A stretch of DNA of 59,688 nt, filler included, from Sphacelaria rigidula (taxonomy: Eukaryota), in NCBI GenBank assembly GCA_964200075.2. It is 6 parts of 6 records of this genome, joined end to end, with 100 filler letters (N's around TTAATTAATTAA, not from the genome) between each part and the next. Parts side by side here need not be neighbours in the genome. Positions count along the whole stretch, not along the records: positions 9,967 to 19,831 come from CAXNAA020007596.1; positions 19,932 to 29,796 come from CAXNAA020007597.1; 4 more parts are not named here. One strand, written 5' to 3'. The notes below the pieces were generated by a model. The model saw nothing but the letters and a program-made list of their open reading frames with translations, was not told the origin of the DNA and did not search any database. Each line of letters opens with the position of its first letter. Position 1 is the stretch's first letter. Below, one piece after another: positions 13,860 through 24,599 of the stretch. A program made the translations under genes and the position numbers.

Positions 13860-14560
13860 AGGACTGAATTTGGTACGGAGAATCGCTAGGGCACAGTAAA
13901 AGAAGTAACTGTGGCTCATCCATATATAGATATTCATGAATTGAGGGCAAAAAACAAGATCGGGTTGTCACGAAGACGTCCGTCCCTAAGTCATGAAAAA
14001 CAACTCAATGACCCAAACTTACTTCTTTACCATGCCCGAGCGATTCCGCATACCAAATTTGGAAGGCCAACTCTCAAAATTGAGGTGAGAACGGGCGATG
14101 TAGAGCCTGGGCCGGTCGAGATTCGGAACAGTATTTTGCAGGCCATTTACCAGCCCAGTTTTGGTACTTATGCTTTGAAATTCCGTGTGGAGAGTTGCTA
14201 GAGCACAATGAAAAGCTAACGTTGGGATGTTGATTTTTTCACGAGTTAAGGATGTTTTAGTGTAGTAAGGACCATTTTTTCACGAGAACGTATTTAACTC
14301 ACGAAGGAAAATGAAGGCCTACTTTTTTTTTTCCAGTACGCCCTCGCAATTTTCCATCAAGTTCAAATATCAATGCTAAAAACTGAGCCGAGAAAGTGAG
14401 CTGAAAGTCAAAATCAATGTCCATTTTTCACTACCAATAAAAACGTTGGACCTGAACGTTTTTTTCATTTCTCCCCTTGCGATAGCCCATACCAATATTT
14501 CAAAGCACTCTCAAGACTGAGACGCGAAATCTAGATTTGGTGCATTTAGTACCTCTGCTC
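13860..14560. repeat. Hairpin-rich non-coding block shared with 50560-51230
   Basis: attcggaacagtattttgcaggcca.t.accagccca, gaccattttttcac.agaacg and aatttggta/taccaaattt inverted arms occur in both contigs. Confidence 0.8.
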
Positions 14561-14939
14561 GTACTATATTGAGTTTAGTACAGGAGCTTACGTGGGCCAT
14601 ATCTCTAGGTAAGTAACGAATGGAGTGAGTGCGAGGGTATGGATCGTTTCCCCGTGCTCCGTGGAATGTTTGCACCACAAATCGTCATCATTCGCTGTAC
14701 GTACCGTTGGGGGTTTTAATAGACTTTTGTATGGACCCTATCTCCGCACGCTATACCCGTAGGAATTACTCGACATGATGTTGTCAACGAGAAGACTTTG
14801 GTCCAGGCTTATGAGCGGATGGGCATCTTCCCCTTGATCAGACGATTTATGAGATATAAAACCACTCTAGCCGTTCCAAGCCTCTCGGTCATGCGAGGTA
14901 CAACACGAGTTCAAGCTTGATCTTCCATCACGAGGAGCA

Positions 14940-15150
14940 GTCGCTTATAGAACTCAGTACATTAACATGGTGTATTGATTGACATACGTAGAGTCAAATG
15001 GACTGCGAGCTGGGCCAGCATGAAAACGGATTCAAGCTGTCACAGCCACATATCCTCGACACAGACGAATTGGGTCGTGATCCGCATCTCATCAATCCTT
15101 GGGCAAATTTCGAGCAAATTGCAGTTGACGTCAGTAGCATATAGCTCTTT
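14940..15150 (+). pseudogene. Remnant of an unidentified multicopy protein (ELGQ..NGFKL..DELGRDPH)
   Basis: DCELGQHENGFKLSQPHILDTDELGRDPHL versus ELGQPKNGFKLQKQYLFDADELGRDPHL at 51430-51520 (-) and CELGQPRGGF at ~50520 (+). Confidence 0.55.
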
Positions 15151-16269
15151 CGCTCGTAAATACTCGGCGAGAACATGAATCGCAGCTGACGCTTTCCAAG
15201 AAGACGTCCAGGCGAACGGAGTAGACAACCAGTCTCCAGAACTCGAAGTAGCCCCCAAACCGTGCGAAATTAAAAACAAGAGTCTAATTCAGCACGACCA
15301 GATAACCGTATCGGGTGTGGAATTGACGCTCAGTTGTCGTTCCCCATAGGAAGCGATCACACCTGTTGATTGGTGTGAGAGATGGGTGGTCGTTTTTTGA
15401 GTGTCCTTGTCACTCAGTTGGCATAGCAAACAGAGTGTTGGTATTGACCTTCGACGCGACGATTCTAATAGCACAGTCTGCCCGCCCAACAATCATATCT
15501 ACAACTACAGTTCATCACGCCAATAATTGACACGCTTTGGCCTTGTCCTTGTGAATGAGAATATGTGTCTTGTTCTCTGTGAGCACTCTACCATGCAGTC
15601 AGAATAACACTAGGCTGTAGTACCGTGAATACAGAACAGAAGTACAGCCTGATTACTGTCATGAATATAAGACACACTGTTGATACGGACTTATATGACC
15701 GCGTACCTAACTCATCTTGCGATGGCATTATGAGAGATTTTGAAGGGCTTCAACCACCGCTGTTCACTTGTCATCTTTATCACCCCATCCCATCGTGCTA
15801 CCGCGAGTTGGAGTAACTGCCCATAGGATCGTGCTTTTGGGTTGTCGATGCAATTTGATGGGACGTTTTTGTCAGGCAAGTATTCTGTTTTTCCTTTGTG
15901 GCGCTGTTTGTGGCTCTCTCATGAAAAAATAATGAATCCGTGAGCTCTATATCACTCTAAATGAATATCAGGACAATGACTGAATGAGTTGAGAAAAGTG
16001 AGGATGTGTCAAGCTTGGGTCATGGCAACTACAAGGGCATCAGGGCCAAGTCTGACTTGAGTCAAAACCACTAATCCGGAACATGGCAGACGATTCTGAC
16101 TTGACTTCACACGACTACTTCAACGCTGTCGGAAATTCTGACTTGATTTCTGACTTTGCTCATTGAAGCCTTTGTGAGAAAATGAGGACAGGTAAGTCTA
16201 GCCTTTTAATGCGGTTCTTAGTCCAGAACAGTTAGAATGGTGTGTGATCCAAACACGTCTTGGTGCTGT

Positions 16270-19200
16270 GGGTGCTGAATGGTCAACACCTGCTGGTGCC
16301 ATGTCAGTCACCAATGTTTACTCCTAACATTCGATAGGCATATGTATTGGACCGAATTGGACAGGATTGTGGGCCGACTTCCCAACAATGACTACCTGTT
16401 TTTGTGTATGGACGCTGATGCTATAGGACAGGTCAGGGAAAGAGAGGAGAACCGTACTACAGTAAGGGTATGCATACCGCGGGGAGATGGGTTGCTTCCT
16501 TGGGACCGCGGACTTGTCCCAAGGAAGGGGGCGGTTTTAAAGTGCGATGAAAGAGCAACAGGAGAGATCCCTGGGCCAGCGACAGCAACGTCATTGCAAT
16601 GCTACGACTTGCAGGTTAAAACAGTTTTGCTTTGGTCAACATGTCTCTTCTACTCCCAAGGGAGGAACGCCGAGTACTTTCAAACGGTATTGCGAACCGT
16701 CCCGCGGACAAGGAACGCATCGACTCACGACATCACGTCATAGCGCGACGAGCCCACCACCTGCTTGTTTCAAATATTCGTGTCCACCTATCTGCAACCG
16801 CCCAGTTCGCCGGTCAGATCATAACACCTTGTGCGCCACAGTCCGACCCCTGGGCAGATTCGCGCGCAGCAAACAGCGATGAACCCCCACCGGGTGCACA
16901 TACATAAATGGCGGGAAGTAAGTCTGACACGGGCAGACGTGAGCAACTCATACACCCTATCGTCAGTGAGCTCGAGCAGGGCGAATCCGGAGATATCGTT
17001 GGTGAAAATGACTGCTGACTTCGTCGACACACTCCTGAGGTCCGCCGAGAAGGCGATGGCGTGTCTGACCTGACTTGCTCGTGTATGAGGGTGGTTCGCG
17101 GATGCTGCACTCTGAGCCGAGGTAGAAGAGACCTGGAATGAGTTGGGGAAGGCGAGGGTGGTGCAGTGAGTACAGCCGATGAAAAGCTTTGTGTGACACA
17201 TGACATATGTTGCGAAAAAGGTGCGGGGGTTCAAGGAAGAAGCTGTGTTGGATAGGTACTTGGATGTACATCCGAGGGAGCTGGAGGAGTACATGAGTCT
17301 GGGGTCATGAGAGGCTGCTATGGGCATCTGAACGGAGGGTGGACGTTAGGCTAGAGTCAGCTAGAGAGTGGACGGTATATTGAGGACGAGAGGAAACCGC
17401 TACGACACAGATTCAGATCCGTGAGAGATGGAAACGAAACTTGTTTACTTTGTCGAATGCAGCATTGGCAATTGTCGATCCAACCACCATGGAGATCACC
17501 ATTTCAACCCTGAAAGCAATATCACTTGTAGACCCACCGATCTTGCATGGAACAGGAGGGGAACTGAGATATCTAATTAACGCCAAAGTGATGGGATGAG
17601 ATGTATTACCTTCAGAACTCATGAAGCTTGGATTGGTCTGGAGCGGTCGGAGATCCTGTACCACTTCCGCAACATCATTGTTGCTTTTTGGACATCCGGC
17701 GAAGGGTAACAGGAGTGGAGGAGCATCACTTTCAAACCCTTCACTCAAGGTGTAGGACTGAGTGTGGTAATATCAAGGGCATCTGCCTCATGGTGCATGC
17801 CGGTATAGTTCTCCTTGAAATCGCAGCCAGCAGGGTCGACAGTTCCTGCGAGGATGCAGGAATTATCACGGAAGAACACAGTGGCTTCTGGTGCCGACAA
17901 TTGACCATTGACATGATGTAGTCGTATGCCGGCTGCAGGAGTTGGAACGGGTGGACTTTATCCTCGTGAAGTATGTGCTTCATCGACCTGCAAATGGATT
18001 GCGACTCTGTAGACAGGACGCTTTTGTGAGAAGTGCTCGCTCGTTTCGGAGCTCAGCTGCGGAGGGTAAAGGTCATTCGCGTCCTCCACGATGGCATGCA
18101 AGCTTGAGTACAGCTAGATGACGGCCGATCAACATGGCCATTCCTCCTCGGCCGGGAACTCGGGCAAGGATGTGTTTTCGTCCCCGCTACTGTTTAACAT
18201 CTTCCTAGCAGTCATGATTGACGTGGTTTACAGCAGCGTTTCATGGAAGACCTGGGCATTGTTCCAGACTTGGTACAACTACCTGCGCCAGAGAATGAGG
18301 ACGGGAACCCAAGAGAGTACACGCGATTGGAGAGGATGCGGCGCGCGGTAGGGCGAAAGCTGTACGCGGATGACGCAGACGTAGTCTCGAGGTTCCCAGG
18401 CGGGTTTGCTAAAATTGTGGCCGTGACAGAGGTGGTCAATTAGAAGTTCGGACTAATGGTGGTGAATAACACGAGGAAGCTCCATAAATCGCGGTGCAAA
18501 TGGAGGCGTCGAGCCAATGGTACAGGTAGAGGAGCGAGTTTGTCTAGCTTGGTTATATCAAGGAAGATGTGAATATCCCATAAAAAGGATGTTCCACGTG
18601 AGCATTGCGTGGGCACGCCTCCGAAAGTATAGCTCCGAACTAAACGATCAACCCATTGCTCACCTATCGCTCAAAATCCGGTTGCTCAACGTAAAGGCGA
18701 TAAAAGCATGCTGTACAGGTGTGCCACGTGGATTGTGTGCCCAGAGGACTTCGAGAACCTGTGCACCGCGAACTTGTCCTACGAGCAGTTGGCCCTCGCA
18801 GGAAAGACTGCAGTAGGCACATGACTACTTTCCACGGAGCTGTGCTGAAGATGACCAAATGCAAACGTATCGAGGTGACCATCCGCGAGCATAGCCTTGT
18901 TTCGCGGGGGCCCGTGTTCGGCAAGACCGAACATGTCTCTCGGGAGCGGATCATGTTCGGACGGTTGGCCGCACGAGGGACCAAGGGGGCTGGCCAGCCG
19001 TAGACACATTGGGGGAATCGTGTTAAGGAGAGCCTGCGTGCCTAGGTGATATACCACGGGAGGGAGAACGAAAGAAGTTGTTAATCTGTAGTGTTGAGGT
19101 CGGCAAATGGCACCTAGGGTAGAGAAGGAGGCGGAGAAGTTTGAGGAGGTGTGGCCACGCTAAGGCCTACACCAATCCGACCCACACCACGAGGAAGTTA
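16270..19200 (+). mobile_element. Decayed near-full-length RTE-type LINE (APE endonuclease + RT)
   Basis: Pieces YLFLCMDADA (GDxNA-like), RTECGNIKGICLMVHAG, FSSPLLFNIFLAVMID, LYADDAD, ERIMFGRL; many frameshifts; homologous to the LINEs on contig 3. Confidence 0.85.
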
Positions 19201-19831
19201 CTGTTGCTTTGCGAGCCTTCAACAGGAGATTTGCCACCGCTGGTAAAATCAACCGCAACAGCTCGCGAAGAATGCAAGATGGAAATGACCAAGAGATTAG
19301 GGATGAGGGTGGGAAGAGGGGGTAACACGGAAGCTGATATCCCTGTCCTTCTTACTGGTTGTTGCCTCCTTTCTTTGCCTTGTAAATCTAGCGGTGTTCG
19401 TCAGCTGTGTTTTTGTTTAATCATACTCAACATCTACATTGTTTCTGGGTTTCTCTTGCTTTCTTTCTTTGCTTTCCTCTTGTTCGCGTTCCCGTTTTTT
19501 TTTTTCCGTCTTGTTTTTTTTGTCCTTCCCGTTTCTCTCCTCGGAGCCCTCTCTGTGTTTGGCTCGCTCCTGCGAAGCTGTTGGACGAGGCTCCTGCCTC
19601 GAAAGTCGGCTCTCGAGATTGATGAATCTCAACCTGCTCCCATGGCCTTACTTTTTAAAGTCCTAGAAGGGGCTAATTGGGGACTTCTCGGGAATAGTAT
19701 AAGGTCTTGGACTCACGTTTTGTTCGTCTTTCTCTCCCCCCTCCCCCCTCTGGTAGCTCTTGGGTTAACGTCGAGTGGCAACGGCGCTGTAAAACAAGCC
19801 ACCAAAACCTAGACAAATGTACAGACTGCCA

Positions 19832-19931
19832 NNNNNNNNNNNNNNNNNNNNNNNNNNNNNNNNNNNNNNNNNNNNTTAATTAATTAANNNNNNNNNNNNN
19901 NNNNNNNNNNNNNNNNNNNNNNNNNNNNNNN
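19832..19931. other. Artificial contig-joining linker
   Basis: N44-TTAATTAATTAA-N44. Confidence 0.98.
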
Positions 19932-20091
19932 TACGAATTTTCCGCGCAGAAAACGGAACGGTTTTTAATGTGAAGACAACAACAACAACAACACCAACAA
20001 CAACAACAACTGTGCTGCATGGAAGATACGGAAAGAAGAGTGGCGGGGAATGCACGCAGCAAAGTTGGCGTCGCAATATATTCAGAAGCAG

Positions 20092-20123
<32 letters not shown>

Positions 20124-20303
20124 TGAAATAAGTTCCGGCATTTTCTGATAGAATGGTCGTGCAAAAAGAAACAGTTCGTCATCACTTCACGCCATACAGT
20201 AAAAACGAAGAAGTGTTGGGTTGTCAAGCAAATGGGGCGAGCCCATATGCGACCGCGGGTCTGAGTAACGTTGCCCTCCGAATATGCTATCACACCTGAT
20301 ATC

Positions 20304-20624
20304 ATGTTTCTGCGCTTGTTGTTATTGCTGCTATCCTTGTGTTATTCTGTTGTAGGATATCAAGTAGGAGCGGGCTTGCTCGCTGGGTGCCGTGGTGCCA
20401 TCAAGTCCTCTGAAATCGCCGCAAAACTTGGACGCAGAGAGATACCAGTCGCTGCCGCCGCCACTACATCTGCAGCAATGTCGCTTACCGACCCAGCCGA
20501 CTGTGCTGGCAATCAAGCGTTACTATTCAAGACCAGCTGTCACTGCGGAGCTGTGGAATGCGAGCTACAAGGAACCCCCGTAGCTAGTCTCCAGTTATTT
20601 GCCTTCCAAGCAACCAGAATATAG
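20304..20624 (+). CDS. 5' part of a GFA/CENP-V (Mss4-like Zn) family protein with signal peptide; incomplete
   Basis: MFLRLLLLLLSLCYSVVG signal peptide followed by FKTSCHCGAVECELQG (GxCxCGAV motif); the second CHCxxC motif was not found in this contig. Confidence 0.6.
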   Translation: MFLRLLLLLLSLCYSVVGYQVGAGLLAGCRGAIKSSEIAAKLGRREIPVAAAATTSAAMSLTDPADCAGNQALLFKTSCHCGAVECELQGTPVASLQLFAFQATRI

Positions 20625-20939
20625 TAGATCCAGCATGAAGTACATCGGTGCTGACTTGCGGGCAAGTTACTCTTTTTGCCGCTAAGACCCCCGAAAGTCC
20701 GCCGTCGAAAGGATGGACTACCAAGCAAACCGGAAAACACGGGTTCCGCGCGCAAGGGGGGCGAGGGTCAACGTCATCCTGTAAAGATTGAGGGACCAGA
20801 TGACCATATATGACCGCCTATGGAGTGGTGCCAAGGTAGGGAGGGCACAACTTTCATATATATGACTACCAAGTGAGTGCACAACTTTCTTCCCAGGCTT
20901 CTAACTTCGAAGTATTTCAATTTGATTTATGGATTGGTT

Positions 20940-22884
20940 AATTGTCGCACTTTAACTGACCCTCCAGGGATTCAGCCGTGGTCACATGATAGACGAACCC
21001 AAGACGAAACAAACCCAGGGTCTCAAATCCTGTTTGCTCCCCACGCTTTCGTCCCTCAGCGTCAGTACCGAACCAGAAAAACCCGCTTTCGCCATTACGG
21101 TGTTCCATTTCACTTTTTAGGAGTCTACCCCTCATTGAAACATTCAATTCTCTTTTGTCGGACTCCAGTCCTAACGTTTTTCTTGCTTTTTGACGATTAA
21201 ACCACAATATTTACCAATAAACAAATAAAAGACCACCTACGAACCCTGTACGCTTAAATATTCGCTGAAGAAAAAGAAGAAACAGAAAAAGTATAAAAAC
21301 ACAAGAAGTATAAACAGAAAAGTAGAACAGAAAAGCATAGGAGAATAATAATAAGACGCGAAGAAGAGCAAATACAATAATTGGAAAAGAACAGACGGTC
21401 TCTGCCACATGACTTCGGCGTATTGTACAAGGTCTTGCGCAGAACAATACTCACACCCAGTCATGGAAAACAAAAGGCCGCGGAAAGGAAAATATTGCAG
21501 CTCACCTATTACAAACGCTGTATTCAGGGTATGAGCCCTCTCTCATCCACGAGGAAACATAATGAAGCGGGGTACCACACTGCTCTGTCATGCACCGGCA
21601 GGTAAGAACATTCATATATAGCGAGAGTGATGGGGAAAGGGAGGACAGGGAAGGAGACTGCATAAGTGAAACCCGAATAATTAGGGCAGCCGAGGAGATA
21701 CAGACACACACCAGTAGGCATCACAGAGCCACCGAAAAAAGACACAATCAACAACCGATATAAGCAGACCGGATTCTTCGATTGGCGACCCTCGAGGCAA
21801 CAAATAGCCTCTCGCTTGTGACGGCGGTCCCACTCTTGTTTGTCCGCGCGTCGCCACGTGTCCTCAAACTCTTCCGCTCCTTTTTCGACTCCAATATGCC
21901 ATTTGCCCATGTTCTTTGCCGCAGTGACCCAATCGTATGCATCGTCAACCTCTACACCGAATATGAACCATACAGTATCCGTCGTGCTCCTTTGTACGGA
22001 ACAGCTCCTAGTGCGCGTAGGGTCTCCTCCTGGAGGTTTTCCTCCCATTGCTTGGGGGGGCGGCAGGCTTCCTTGGGCCCTCGTGCGCTTAACCGTCCGT
22101 TCATGATGCGTTTAGGAAGGCGTGCTTCCTTCTGCCGGGCAAGGGTTCCCACGAACCAGAGTTGACGTTTGCGGGTAGTCGTCTCGATACGTTCGCAGTT
22201 GGTCATCTCGAGCACCACTCTGTACGAAAGAGTCTCGCAGCCATCTTGATCTTTCCTGCGGAATCCAACCACTCGCAGCAATAACTTATGATGGGCAGTC
22301 CGCAGACTGTCGAAGTCCTCAGAACGTAATGCCCATGTGGCACATCCATGCAACGGAGCTTCCACCACCTCCGCTTGAAGCAGCCGGACTTTCAAGGAGG
22401 GCTGGGCATTGGGTCGATTGTGAGGTTTGGAGCTATATTTTCGGATACGCACCCACGCCGCGCTGATATGGCGATTGATTTCGGTGGACATTTTCGCATC
22501 TGCGCTGATAGCACCACCAAGGTAGGCGAACTTCCCCGTCTGCTTATACTTTTGACTGGCAGCTTTGATGTGCAGGGCAGCCTCCGTGGGACTAGGTACT
22601 GACCAAAGGTGCATGCACTCTGTCGTGCTCTCAGAGATCATCAGGCCGAATTCGTGGCAGGTCATCACTATCACTGCCATCATTCGAGCAAGGCCTTCTG
22701 AAATCCTCAAGACTATGCCAGCGTCGTCCGCATGAAGCATTGCCCACACCGCGCATCGCACTTTTTCCAGCGGCGTCTTTTCCACGGGTTCACCATCGTC
22801 GCCTTCTGGTTCATCATCTAGAAGAACCAAGTCTGAGACGATGACTGGGTCCGTCACGAACCGCTGAACGATCACGTCGACCAA
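20940..22884 (-). mobile_element. 5'-truncated RTE-type LINE (RT C-half plus 3' UTR)
   Basis: 310-aa ORF with MLHADDAG, FAYLGGAIS, AEVVEAPLHGCATW, RLPKRIMNG; tail ends in the family motif ...gtgcgacaa. Confidence 0.9.
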
Positions 22885-24006
22885 GGCTGCTCCGATGGAT
22901 GAGAAGTATATGGGACCAAATATGCAATCTCACAAAGTTTTAAGCCTAAGAAGTGCACCCCAACCGTGACGCCACTACTATCGACATGTTTCGTGGCAAA
23001 AATCCAAGGTAAGCCCTGTCCAACAGCGCACGCGAGATTTCCTTCAGTTGTGATTCCAGGTCTGAGAAGGACGCCCACGAAGCGAGACAAGCCTTTGCAC
23101 AGTCCGATACTTGATTGTCGCAGTAGCTGATGCCCGCGGGACCCAGCCGTGATCACAAGGTAGAGTACCCAAAATAAATATAAACGGGAACGCTAACTGA
23201 AGAAAAAAGAACGGTGTAAAAAACAAGAATAGAGAACAAGCAAACGGCGTAAACTGAGATACCAAGACGAAGACGAAAATGAAAACGAACGAAAAACAAG
23301 AACAAAGGCAGTCAAACAGGAAAGGAGCGGAACGAAATTGAGGAAAGTTAGAAAAATAAAATAGAGGAAACAAAATAATATAGGCAGGGAGATAAAGCCC
23401 CCACTGGCCGGCACCTCCAGCATGGCTTCGGATGAAAGAAAGGCCGTCGCAACAAGCAAATGTGTGGAGGATATCTCATTGCAGTGACATATCAGAGACT
23501 GATGCCACACATGTATGAAGGACCAGCGCAAGCAGGGACAAGATGGGAACGGTCCGGAAGGACCAGATTACCGAGAACCCTGTAATGCCGACGTAACTAG
23601 ACAACTCGGGGTGCTGCTAGGAAGAGCCTAATATTAGGACGGTCCAACATCCCCCGAGGTCCTGGTCGCCCCTGGCGACCACTTCTAGTCTGACCCCACT
23701 TCTTGCCTACATATACAAGAGGAAATCATCGCCAGCCTCGGAGTTCCTTCAGCATCAGGACGACAGTCTACCCCGTAGGTCTCTGACCACTCTAGTGGTA
23801 CACCTTCCTCACAAATGCACCCAACTGGAACGCAACAAGGGGACCATGGGAGCAGACTGTGGCTCGGCTGCTTTCGGATGATACCATTTGGGCATGAGCT
23901 TTCACCCACGAGCCCTACTGAGGCAAGGTATCGAACTGCTACTGTATAAGACACTGAAAGGAAAGATGTAGCGAGAGATACAGCGAAATATGGAGAACGA
24001 GATCAT

Positions 24007-24450
24007 AACACGGGATATTACAAATTGATGATTGACTTTTTATTGAGGATGAGAACCCGGAATATCCAAATATTCGTATCCACACCGCATCTTCGAAATA
24101 TGGTTCCATTTCTTCACCTACTGGTAGCTATTGACAAACTCTGCACGCCCTTCAAATTCGGATCCTGAAAACCGACATGTTAGGGTCCTAGACGAAGAAA
24201 TTGTTTTGGGGAACTGAGATGATCCGATCAGATCGCCAAAATTCCCCAAAACTGTTTCTTCACCCATGACCCCAACATTTCGGTTTTCGAAATCCCAATT
24301 TGTATGGCGTGTAGTAGCTGTCAATAGCTATCAGCAAGTAAAGAAATGGAACCATATTTCGAAGATTTGGTGTGGATACGAAGATTTCAATTCTCCGGGC
24401 TTCTCATTCTCGATGAAAAATACCATTTTCAATTTGTAAAATCCCGTGTT
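24007..24450. mobile_element. MITE family 2, fully palindromic, 444 bp, flanked by TCAT/TCAT
   Basis: Ends aacacggga...tcccgtgtt; arms pair along most of the length; TCAT at 24003-24006 and 24451-24454; sister copy at 47757-48200. Confidence 0.85.
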
Positions 24451-24599
24451 TCATGGAGAAGAAGGAAAACAAGAAGGCGACGAAACCCAAGGACATAATA
24501 GAGCATGTATGACAGCACAAGCAGGAAACGCCGCAAGACTCCAGACCAAGGAAAAGTAACGACCGATAATAGAGGACAGGGGAGGATTAGTTTCCGTGT

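Noticed and set aside
19141-19812. 223-aa hydrophobic ORF as a membrane protein
   Set aside because: It arises from T-rich low-complexity sequence downstream of the LINE
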